From assembly GCA_030390025.1 (NCBI GenBank), contig JASTWF010000033.1, positions 4,466,001 through 4,530,000 of the forward strand: DNA of 64,000 nt. Reading direction: 5' to 3'. The stretch is from Squalus acanthias (lineage: Eukaryota). Positions 27,240 to 38,904 of this stretch are shown one piece after another. The translations under genes were made by a program, and so were the position numbers. The notes under the pieces were generated by a model. The model saw nothing but the letters and a program-made list of their open reading frames with translations, searched no databases and had not been told where the DNA came from. Position 1 is the stretch's first letter; each line of letters starts with the position of its first letter.

Positions 27240-28028
27240 AAACTCCGTTGCCTAAACACCGACTCCATCCCTCTCCTTAGCACCAAAAAATGCTGTTTGT
27301 AACCTTGGTTTCGTATTTGATCACGGGATGATCTTCCGACCGGATATTCACTCCATCAGCAGGACGGCTTATTCCACCTCGGTTACATCGCCGAACTTCG
27401 CCGCTGCCTCAGCTCATCTGCTGCTCAAACCATCATCCATGCCTTTGGTAGCTCTAGACTTGATAACACCAACTCTCTCCTGGCTGGCTTACCAACACCC
27501 ACCCTCCATAACTTGAGCTCATCCAAAGCTGTGCTGCCCGTTACCCAACCCGCACCAAATCCCGGTAAACCACCACCCACCCCTGTGCTCGCTGACCTAC
27601 ATTGACTCCCGTTCCGGCAATGACTCCATTTTAAAATTATCTTCCTTGCTTTCAAATCCTTCCATGACCTCGCCCTCCCTACCTCTGCAAGCTCCAACAG
27701 CCACACAACACTCCCTAGATCTCTGTGTTCCTCTATTTCTGGCCTCTTTCACATCCCCGATTGTAACCGCTCCACCACTGGCGGCTGTGCTTTCAGCTGC
27801 CTGGGCCCTAAGCTCATGAATACCCTCCCTGAACCGCTCTGCTCCTCTAAATCTCCCTCCTCCTTTAAGATGCTGCTTAAAACTTACCTATTTGACTAAG
27901 CTTTTGCTCATCTTTCCTAATGTCTCCTTCTGTGGCTCAGGGTCAGGTTTTGTTCAATATCGCTCCCGTGAATCGCGTGGGTCATTTTACTATGTTAAAG
28001 GCGCTATATAAATACAAGTTGTTGTTGT
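27240..28028 (+). mobile_element. L2-clade LINE 3' fragment
   Basis: Ends AAAGGCGCTATATAAATACAAGTTGTTGTTG; decayed L2-type RT C-terminus. Confidence 0.7.
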
Positions 28029-28743
28029 GAGTATTTTTTGCACTGTCTCCAGTTCTTCTATGTCCTTTTTATATTATGGAGACCATAAATCTGCACAGTT
28101 CTCTAAGTGTGACCTGACCCGGGTCCTATACATGTTTAATACAATTTACAAAGTATTTACAGGACAGAGACAGGCCATTCGACTCAAAATGTCTATGTTG
28201 GTGTCCATACTCCACACGACCCTCCACCCACCCTCCTTCATCTAACCCAGTAAAAATATCATTCTATTCCTTTCCCCCTTTAAATGTGTCTGTGCTATTC
28301 GCATCAACTGCTCCTTGTGGTAGCGAGTTCCACATTCTGACCACTCATTTGGTAAAAAGTTTTCTCCTGAATTCCCTATTAGATTTATTAATGACTATCT
28401 TAAATCTATGGCCCCGAGTTCTAGTCTCTCCTGAAAGTGGAAAATCCTTCTCTAATCTACCCTATGAAACCCTTTCATAATCTCAAAGAACACTATCTGA
28501 TCATCCCTCAGTCTCCACTTTCCTAAAGAAAATAGCCCCAGCCTGTTCAGTCTTTCCTGACAGGTATAACCTCTCAGTTCTGGTATCATTCTAGTAAATA
28601 CTGTTTGTAACTTCGCCAGTCCCTCGATGTCCTTTTTATAAGATGGAGAGCGTGTTCACAGTACACCAAGTGTGGTCTAACCAAGGTTCCATACAGGTTC
28701 AACATAACTTCTATTCTTTACAATTCTATCCCTCTAGAAATGA

Positions 28744-29643
28744 AAATGAGAAGTCGCACAACACCAGGTTATAGTCCAACAGATTTATTTAATTTTACAA
28801 GCTTTCGGAGCTGTCGCTCCTTCCTCAGGTAAGTTAGCAGTGAGAGAATCTCCCAGAATTCACAATTTAAACACAGACAAAATCTATTCAAATATTTCCC
28901 TACATCAAAGACACACTAAGAGCACAGCCAAGACAATGAGATGTATCCCAGGGGGTCCAACGTGTCAAACCACCTGCTGGCTGCATATCCTGTCAATTTG
29001 TGTTGTTTCTTGTGCTAGTCTTTTTAAAAAAAAAACACCTGGGAAGAACGGCCATGATGTCAAGTCACGTTCTGTATCGTGACATGAACCCGATATCGCA
29101 CCCGATATAACACTTCAGCAGCCAGGGGCATTCAGCCTCGGATCTGCGGGTAAGCGTTCTCCAGGGCGGCCTTCGGTATACACGACAGCGCAAAATCATA
29201 GAGCAGAAACTGATAGCCAAGTTCCGCACTCATGAGGATGGCCTCAATCGCGATATCGGGTACATGTCACGATACAGAACGTGACTTGACATCATGGCCT
29301 GTCTTCCCAGGTGTTTTTTTTTAAAAAGACGAGCACAAGAATCAACACAAATTGACAGGATATGCAGCCAGCAGGTGGTATGACACGTTGGACCCCCTGG
29401 GACACATCTCATTGTCTTGGCTGTGCTCTTAGTGTGTCTTTGATGTAGGGAAATATTTGAATAGATTTGTCTGTGTTTAAATTGTGAATTCTGGGAGATT
29501 CTCTCACTGCTAACTTACCTGAGGAAGGAGCGACAGCTCCGAAAGCTTGTAAAATTAAATAAATCTGTTGGACTATAACCTGGTGTTGTGCGACTTCTCA
29601 TTTTTGTCCACCCCAGTCCAACGCCGGCATCTCCACATCATGA
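28744..29643 (+). mobile_element. Penelope-like element, second family: inverted pLTR arms around a GIY-YIG C-terminal fragment
   Basis: Arms about 28743-29099 and 29250-29604 are reverse complements; spacer encodes HFSSQGHSASDLRVSVLQGG..EQKLIAKFRTHEDGLNRD; direct repeat CCTCTAGAAATGA at 28731 and 29644. Confidence 0.85.
29515..29552 (+). ncRNA. Minimal type I hammerhead ribozyme motif (mirror copy at 28795-28832 minus)
   Basis: TTAC-CTGAGGA-A-GGAGC-GACA-GCTCC-GAAA-GC-TT-GTAA: conserved core, stem I and stem II pair. Confidence 0.75.
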
Positions 29644-30299
29644 CCTCTAGAAATGAACCCCAGTGCTTTCTTTGTTTTTATGGCCTTATCAACCTGCATT
29701 GCAACTGTTAGTGATTTATATAACTGTACCCTCACATCGCTCTGTCCCACAACCCCGTTTAGAACTTATTCTCCAAGGAGTCTGTGACCTCCGTATTCTT
29801 CCTATTAAAATGCACTACCTCGCATTTCTCTATATTGAGGTTAATTTGCCAGTTACACACCCATTCTGCAAGTTTATTAACGTCCTCCTGTATTTTGTCG
29901 CAGTCCTCCTCAATATTAAGTATAAACCCCCATTTGGGTGGCATCCACAATGTTTGAAATTGCACTTCCGATTCCTGAGTCCTAATTGTTGAAGTAAATG
30001 GTGAACAAAAGTGTTGCCAGCACCGTTCCTTGTGAAACACCACTTCCCACCACTGGCCAACTTCACTTCTTTTGAATTCTATTGCCTTAGAAATAAACCC
30101 CAATTCATTGTTAACATTTTAATTGCTTTGCTGTCCAGTGATACTGCTTTTAATTATTTGTTCACCTTTATCCCGAGAGCCCTTTTCTCTTTTGCCACGT
30201 TCAGTTTCTTATTTTTTAAGGTATCGGTGATTATAGAATCATGGAATGATACAGCACAGAAGGAGGCCATTCGGCCCACCATACCTGTGCCGGCTCTTT

Positions 30300-31574
30300 G
30301 GACTACACTTCCTCCCACCCCGCCTCCTGTAAGGATTCTATTCCATTCTCCCAGTTTCTCCGTCTCCGCCGCATCTGCTCTGATGATGCCACCTTCCATA
30401 CCAGTGCTTCCGACATGTCTTCCTTTTTCCTCAACCGAGGATTCCCCTCTACCGTGGTCGACACGGCCCTCGACCGTGTCCGTTCTATCTCCCGCACATC
30501 TGCCTTCACCCCTGCCCCTCCCTCCCGGAACCACGATAGGGTTCCCCTTGTCCTCACCTTTCACCCCATCAGCCTCCACATTCAACGGATCATCCTCCAC
30601 CATTTCCGCCACCTCCAGCGTGATCCCACCACCAAACACATCTTCCCCTCACCTCCCCTTTCAGCATTCCGTAGGGACCGCTCCCTCCGCGACACCCTAG
30701 TCCACTCCTCTACCACCCCCAGCACACCTTCCCCTTCGCCCGGCACCTTCCCGTGCACGCGCAGGAGATGCAACACATGCCCTTATACCTCCCCTCTTCC
30801 CACTGTCCAGGGCCCCAAACACCCCTTCCAGGTGAAACAGCGATTTACTTGTACTTCCTGCAATTTATTACACTGTATTCGCTGCTCACGATGTAGACTC
30901 CTCTACATTGGGGAGACCAAACGCAGATTGGGTGACCGCTTTGCGGAACACCTCCGTTCAGTCCGTAAGGGGGACCCCGAGCTCCCGGTGGCCTGTCACT
31001 TTAATTCACCGCTTCACTCCCACTCTGACCTCACCGTCCTCGGCCTATTACACTGTTCCACGGAAGCTCAGCGTAAGCTCGAGGAACAGCACCTCATCTT
31101 TCGTTTAGGCACGCTACAGCCCTCTGGACTCAATATCGAGTTCAACAATTTTAGATCATAACCTCAGCTCCAATCACATTTATATTTTATTTTATCCACC
31201 CTTTTATTTGTCCCCCCTCCACCTTTTTTTTTCCTCCTAGAAGCTGGCAGCTGTCCTTCATTCTGCCAGTGGATTTCACTCTTCATTCAGCCTTAATCTG
31301 TCACATTAACACCACCTCTAGCCTTGCATATCTCTTAATGTCTCTTAATGTCTCTTCATCTCCCCCTTTGTTCCTTTATCCCCTCCCCCTTTTCCCAGCT
31401 TTAACCTGGCCTTAAATCTATTTGATTTCCGGCTCTTCCCAGTTCTGATGAAAGGTCATCGACCTGAAACGTTAACTCTCTTTCTCTCTCCACGGATGCT
31501 GCCTGGCCTGCTGAGTTTTCCAGCGTTTTCTGTTGTTATTTCGGATTTCCAGCATCCGCAGTATTTTGCTATCG
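30300..31574 (+). mobile_element. Penelope-like element, 5'-truncated (RT thumb/linker + GIY-YIG endonuclease, pLTR)
   Basis: ORF 30298-31161 with CTRRRCNTC, CSRC..LYIGETKRRL.DRFAEH and PSGLN; flanked by TCTTTGG. Confidence 0.92.
31441..31477 (+). ncRNA. Minimal type I hammerhead ribozyme motif in Penelope pLTR
   Basis: AGTT-CTGATGA-A-AGGTC-ATC-GACCT-GAAA-CG-TT-AACT. Confidence 0.75.
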
Positions 31575-33065
31575 TTCTTTGGTAGAGCTGTCCAATTAAT
31601 CCCACTCCTCTGCTCTTTCCACAGTATTTTATTTTATCTCAAGTATTTTTTTCCAAATCCTTCTTGAAAGTTACTATTGAAACTGCTTCCACCGCCCTTT
31701 CAGGCAGCACATTCCAGATCACAACAACTCGCTGTGTAAAACAAAGGCTTCCTCATGTTGTCTCGGGTTCTTTTGCCAATCATATTAAATCTGTGTCACC
31801 TGGTTACCGACCCCACTTCCACTGGAAACAGTTGCTCCTTAATTACTCTATTAAATCTATGTAGTCTTTAGAACACCTCTATCAAATCTCCTCTTAATCT
31901 TCTCTGCTGTAATCAGAACATCCCCAGCTTCTCCAGTCTCTCCACATAACTGAAGTCCCTTGTCTCTGGTACCATTCTAGTAAATCTCTTCTGCACGCGC
32001 TCGAAGGCCTTGACATTTTCCTAAAGTGTGGTGTCCAGAATTGGACACAATGCTCCAGTTGAAGCCTAATCAGTGCTTTCTAATGTTTTCGCATAACTTC
32101 ATTGCTTTTGTACTCTACTGCTTATTAATAAAGCGAATGATCCCACATGCTTTATTAACTTACCTCTCAAATTGTCCGGTCGCATTCAAAGATTAGTGTA
32201 CATACATGCCTAGGTCCCTCTGTTCCTGCACTCCCTTTATAGTTACACCATTGAGATCACATTGCCTCTTCTCATTTTTCACTTCACAATTCTCTGTGAT
32301 CAATAGAATCTGCCCAGTGTCTGCCTGATTGAATCAGAGTTCGGGATATGCTGCAGGCAAAGGGATTGGATTCCGAAAGAAACGCCATCAGAGAAGTGTA
32401 GGATCATGCCAGGGACGTCTCTGAAGCTCTCAATCCCTCCAGCCTGAGGAACAGTTTATAAGGGTAAAGACCCAGACAAATGTTATTGGCATTTAGTGTC
32501 TTGATTTCGGCTCCAATTATATTTTAATCTGCTAATGGAAAATATGCCAGTAAACTGAGTAAGGAGATAACTTTATATGCAGGAATGAGGGTCAGATAGA
32601 AGGTTTTGCATGAATGACTTTTAAACCAAAGGTCAGCCAGGACCGTATTGAATGGTGGAGTAGGCTTGAAGGGCCGAATGGCCTACTCCTGCTCCTATTG
32701 CTTATGTTCTCTTGTTGACCAGTCAGTCTCCGTCCTTCTGAAGTCTGTTACTATCCTTCTCATTGTGTGCTACATTTCCGAGTTTTGATGCCCTGTATAC
32801 CCAACTCTAGGTCATTAAAATATATCAAAAAGAGCACTGGTCCTAATAGCGACCCCTGGGGAACACCTCTGTATAATCCCCTCCAGACTGAAAAACAACC
32901 GGCCACCTCTACTCTCTGCTTTCTGACCCTTAGCCAATTTGGTATCCATGCTGGCCTGTCCTATTAATCGCATGGACTACAATTTTATGAACAGTTATGT
33001 CATGTGGTACTTTGTCAAACGCCTTTTGAAAGTCCATATACACAACATCAACCGCACTACCCTCA
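31575..33065 (-). mobile_element. Old CR1-clade LINE fragments (with a small plus-strand CR1 3' tail at about 32630-32712)
   Basis: Antisense RT motifs, e.g. GACCCCTGGGGAACACC = GVPQGS. Confidence 0.6.
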
Positions 33066-33459
33066 TGATGTTATGTTTTCCTATCAAAGTGCATCACCTC
33101 GCGTTCATCTCTGTTATTGGTCACTTGACACTTAACTGCGCGGTCTGTATGTTTTCAAATGTCTTTTGTGGGATGTCATGTAAAAAATGTCTTTTCAATT
33201 TTGGAAGCAAAGCTTCAGTGTATTGAATAAAAAGCAATAATAATTAATAAAGGCAGCCATCTAAAACTATGTGTGGTTTTGGAATTTTATCAGGAAATTT
33301 GAGGATTTATTGCAAACTAAACTCTTGGCTTCTCACATTGCACCACTGCTTTTCGAAGAAGTTGGTGAAGATATTATTTATTTCATATAACACAACTGCT
33401 CCCCTGTTTGCTTCAGGCTCTCTTTGTAACGTCCGATATATGCATTGAACATCGTAAAC

Positions 33460-35712
33460 TCCTCCCCACCACATCTAATATCCTCAGCTCCTCTTCATCC
33501 CACCTAATATCCTCCGCTCCTCCCCACCCCAACTAATATCCTCAGCTCCTCCCCACCTAATGTCCTCAGCTCCTCCCCACCCCAACTAATATCCTCAGCT
33601 CCTCCCCGCCCCACCTAATATCCTCAGCTCCTCCTCACCCCACCTAATATCCTCAGACCCTCCCCACCCCACCTAATATCCTCAGCTCCTCCCCACCCCA
33701 CCTAATATCCTCAGCTCCCCCCTACCCCACCTAATATCCTAAGCTCCTCCTGAACACACCTAATATTCTCAGCTCCTCCCTACCCCACCTAATATCCTCA
33801 GCTCCTCCCCACCTCACCTAATATCATCAGCTCCTCCCCACCCCACCTAATAACCTCAGCTCCTCCCCACCCTACCTAATATCCTCAGCTCCTCCCCACC
33901 CCACCTAATATCCTCAGCTCCTCCACACCCCACCTAATATCCTCAGCTCCTCCCCATCCCACCTGATATCCTCAGCTTCTCTCCACCCCATCTAATATCA
34001 TCAGCTCCCCCCCACCCCACCTAATATCCTCAGCTCCTCCTGAACCCACCTAATATCCTCAGCTCCTCCCCACCCAACCTAATATCCTCAGCTCCCCCTG
34101 AACCCACCTAATATCCTCAGCTCCTCCCCACCCAACCTAATATCATCAGCTCCCCCCCACCCCACCTAATATCCTCAGCTCCTCCTGAACCCACCAAATA
34201 TCCTCAGCTCCTCCCCACCCCACCTAATATCCTCAGCTCCTCCCCACCCCACCTAATATCCTCAGCTCCTCCCCACCCCACCTAAAAACCTCAGCATTTC
34301 CTCACCCCACCAAATATCCTCAGCTCCTCCCCACTCCACCAAATATCCTCAGCTCCTCCCCACCCCAACTAATGTCCTCAGCTCCTCCCCCCCACCTAAT
34401 ATCCTCAGCTCCTCTCCACCCCATTTAATATCGTCAGCTCCTCCCCCCCACCTAATATCCTCAGCTCCTCCCCCCCCACCTAATATCCTCAGCTCCTCTC
34501 CACCCCATTTAATATCGTCAGCTCCTCCCCCCCACCTAATATTCTCAGCTCCTCCACACCCCACCTAATATCCTCAGCTCCTCCCCACCCCACCTAATAT
34601 CCTCAGCTCCTCCTGAACCCACCTAATATCCTCAGCTCCTCCCCACCCCACCTAATATCCTCAGCTCCTCCCCACACAACCTAATATCCTCAGCTCCCCC
34701 TTACCCCACCTAATATCTTCAGCTCCTCCCCACTCCACCTAATATCCTCAGGTCCCCCAACACCCCACCTAATATCCTCAGCTCCTCCCCACCCCACCTA
34801 ATATCCTCAGTTCCTCCCCACCCCAAATAATATCCTCAGCTACTCCCCACCCCAACTAATATCCTCAGCTCCTCCTGAACCCACCTAATATCCTCAGCTC
34901 ATCCCCACCCTACCTAATATCCTCAGCTCCTCCCCACCCCACCTAATATCCTCAGCTCCCCCCCATCCCACTAATTATCCTCAGCTGCTCCCCACCCCAC
35001 CTAATATCCTCAGTACCCCCCAACGACACCTAATATCCTCAGCTCATCCCCACCCTACCTAATATCCTCAGTTCCCCCGCACCCCACCTAATATCCTCAG
35101 CTCCTCCCCACCACACCTAATATCCTCAGCTCCTCCCCACCTCACCTAATATCTTCAGCTCCTCCTTACCCCCCAAATAACCGCAGCTCCTCCCCACCTC
35201 ACCTCATATCCTCCGCTCCTCCACACCCCACCTAATATCCTCAGCTCCTCCCCACCCCATCGAATATCCTCAGCTCCACACCCCCCACCTAATATTTTCA
35301 GCTCCTCCAAACCCCACCTAATATCCTCAGCTCCTCCACACCCCACCTGATATCCTCAGCTCCTCCCCACCCCACCTAATATCCTCAGCTCCTCCCCACC
35401 CCACCTAATATCCTCAGCTCCTCCCCACCCCACCTAATATCCTCAGCTCCTCCTCACCCCACCTAATATCCTCAGCTCCTCCCCACCCCACCTAATATCC
35501 TCAGCTCCTCCCCACCCCACCTAACATCCTCAGTTCATCCCCACCCCACCTAATATCCTCAGCTCCTCCCCACCCCACCTAATATCCTCAGCTCCTCCCC
35601 ACCCCACGTAATATCCTCAGCTCCGCCCCACCCCACCTAATATCCTCAGCTCCTCCCACCCCACCTAATATCCTCAGCTCCTCCCCACCTAATATCCTCA
35701 GCTCCTCCCCAC
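33460..35712. repeat. 29-bp C-rich satellite (CCTAATATCCTCAGCTCCTCCCCACCCCA)
   Basis: Period 29 (e.g. 35404 and 35433); about 75-80 copies. Confidence 0.95.
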
Positions 35713-37254
35713 CAATGTTGCCTCGAATTTTTTTGCACAGAGCGGCCATGGTCTCCTTTGAGCGACCTTTTCGTCCGTGGGCAAATTTTACAACAACATA
35801 TTTTAGAACAACCTTTCGAAAAGCAACTTTTACAACAACGACAGCAACAACAAGCAGTTAATATCATATACACAGTAATGAGATATTCTCACCCCACCGT
35901 CTCAATTCAGTGGACAATCAGACAAGATTCTGCAAGTTTAACATAACTTCCCTTCTTTTGAAATCTATTCCTCTAGAAATGAACCCGTGCTTTATTTCCA
36001 CTTTTATGGCATTTTAACTGGCGTTGCTACTTCTGATGATTCATGAATCTGTACCCCGAGATCCCTTTGCAAATCTACCCCATTTAGACTCTTATGTTCC
36101 AAGGAGTAGCTGGGGTCCTTTTTCCTGCCAACAAAATGCACCACGTCACACGTACCCATATTGAAATTCATTTGTCATTTACAGCCCATTCTGCAAGTTT
36201 GATTACGGTAGAATTAATTAAAAGCTTTTAGTTCGTCATGTACAAACTCTATTTAAATAAATCCTTGTCAGAAATGAATAGGAGAGAAAAGAACTGCAGA
36301 ATAATAAATTAACACTTCAGAAACGTCACTCAGTTACACATCGACAAATAATCCAAAAGCCCAAGTTGAGCTGAATGAGGCAGATCTATTCGTGCAATTT
36401 GTATTAATTTTAAGGTTTTCAACGTATTAGAAAATCCCTCATGTCACTATAGCAATGGCAGCTCAAGCAGCGGCTTTCCTATGGCGCTGACGTGCTGTAC
36501 GTCCAGATATGTAATCAGAATATTAATCACAATGCAACCAGACAACCAACAAATATAAAGTGCTGTAGTTCTTTAGTTCACAGTATTAAAAAGAATTGAA
36601 CAAAAACGGGTATCCGTATTTCCAACTTCAATCACTTCCATTAATAACCGTGGTCTTATTGAACCAGAACACCCTCCATGTAACATGTCACAAATGCACC
36701 ACTTATTCACAAGTGCAGAAAAACACACCCACAATTTCCGTCACTGAATTAAATCAAAAAGCAGGAAAAACTACGATTTAGCACAAATAAATATTCATCA
36801 TTCTTCCTGGACAAGAGAACCAATCAGACAGACTTGGAAATGTTTCCTAATATGTTGATGTAAAGATGTTAATTTACAAATTTCGCTTCCAATATATTTT
36901 CTCTCAAACATTCTCCACAATATTAATCCCTGCTCTTGTCACGAAAAGTGTTGAATTATTTTAGGTACTTCCAATTAAATAGCAGGAAACAAACTTCATT
37001 TTGCTCTCAATTTTCAATCTCCTAATTTATACAAAAAAAAAATTGTACATTATCAGTTTAATCAAAGTATTTTGTGTGTCTTTCTCAATAAACAAATAAT
37101 GTTTTCTTCTAAAGTAGCTTCCTGTATGTTTCATACATCAGTACAGAACTCTTGTTTCTGTCAACACTCCACTAAACATTTAAGAAGAAATCTGTAGTTA
37201 CGTTATTCCTGGGACTTGTTCAGACTATAACAACAGGCAAAATAAAACCTTTCA

Positions 37255-37610
37255 CAATAGCAAAATACAGCGGATGCTGGAATCTGAAATATAAAAAGAA
37301 AATGCTGGAAATACTCAGCAGGTCAGGCAGCATCTGTGGAGAGCGAGAGAGAAACAAAGTTAACGTTTCAGGTCTGTGAACTTTCGTCCGAACTGAAAAA
37401 AGTTAGAGATGTAACAGATTTTAACCAGGTGCAGAGGCCGGGTTTAATCACTCCTGCCCTCCACCATATCACAGACCATCCCTTGTGTTCCTTCCTCCCC
37501 TCCCGCCTTTCCCTGCCTCTGCACACGTTAAAACTGTTTTTCTCTCTCTCTCCCCCACAGATGCTGCCTGGTCTGCTGAGTATTTCCAAAACTTTATGTT
37601 TTCAAATTAT
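37255..37610. mobile_element. Two Penelope pLTR fragments in inverted orientation
   Basis: CTGGAAATACTCAGCAGGTCAGGCAGCATCTGTGG at about 37305 and its reverse complement at about 37555-37590. Confidence 0.7.
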
Positions 37611-37697
37611 GTAAAATAAAACGGTTTGTGTTTTCCAGTTTTTTGTTTCTCTTCCTAAACATTTAAATGAAATTTTAAAAGATCAATTAAAAGTAAT

Positions 37698-38438
37698 GGC
37701 CCAAAAATTTGTGTTGATACGCAAGAGTACACACTGTGTACTCTCGCGTATTCTGTCTCCAATTGCCAGTTTTCTGCATGCACTGCGCATGCGCTGAAAA
37801 CCGGCACTTGGTGAATGCAAAAGGGGGCGGTTCCTAAGTGAACCGCGTGCGTACTACAGGCTGCGCGCACGCAGTGCACTTAGTGCTTTCAACGCGCAGG
37901 TAAGTATGGAAGATTTTACACATAAAGAAAGGAGGTGTAAGACCATCTTTGAACAAGGTAAGTAGTTAATTAAGTATTATTTTGAATTTTTTTTACAGGT
38001 ATTTCTTTTTTAGAGACTTTAAAGACAGGTAAGTTTATTTTTCTAAATTTTTAAAAGATTTTAAATTTTTTCAAAAATTAAATTTTTTGTTTAAAATGGT
38101 TAATTTATTTAACTATACTTATTTTATTAATGTGATGGTTTTTTTTTAATTTAATTGAGGTTTAGCTGTTCTTTTGGGGGGGTATAGTATTCATAGCTTT
38201 CACAGCACTTCTGTGAAAGCTATGAATGAAAGATGGTGTGCTGCCATTGGCTCTAACTTAGTCACGTGATCCCACAGCTCGCACGAATTAACTGCGCCTG
38301 TGGGATACGGAAGCACTGCCCAGCTGCTGTCCAGAACATCAAGTTCGTGAGAGCTGGAACTGAAAAAGCCAACGCGTAGTGAGAGATCGCGGGGAAGCCT
38401 TACCCTCGCACGAAGGCTTCCTCACGAAATTTTGGGCC
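37698..38438. mobile_element. Non-autonomous DNA transposon (PIF/Harbinger-like MITE)
   Basis: TIRs GGCCCAAAAATTTGTG ... CACGAAATTTTGGGCC; 3-bp AAT duplication on both sides. Confidence 0.75.
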
Positions 38439-38904
38439 AATATGTAACTCCTCCATATCCTCCCCTGCCCACCCCCATTTCAAAAGCATGATTGAATCTT
38501 TGTGTGAAACTACCCACTTCAGTCGATCGTTCTAAATCAAATACTGAGAAATTTAAGTTTTAAAATGTTTTAAGCAATTCAAAGGCTCCTTAAAAGCGTT
38601 CGGCGTTCAAGACCTGCTTTAACCTTGTTGAGATAAGAGCAAAATGGATTTTTCCTTGTTGTTTCTTCGAAAATCGTACCAGACACTTAGGGTGAAAAAA
38701 GTGTTTTTAACGTTCATTCTTTCTAGTCTCATTGCAGCTTTGACAAAAGAAATTGATCTAAGTTTCTCTTTCCATCTTCCATGTTGTCGTTAAACATGCA
38801 ACAATAAAATTAAATAAACTCTAACTCGAAACGGAGCTCAAATAAGAAAGTGAATAAAGTGATTAAACTTCCTAAGTAGTCGGTTAGGTTATCTCTCCCC
38901 ATTA

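Noticed and set aside
35646..35946. Cys-rich and Gln-rich short ORFs beside the 29-bp satellite
   Set aside because: Low-complexity CAA-rich sequence with no recognisable domain.
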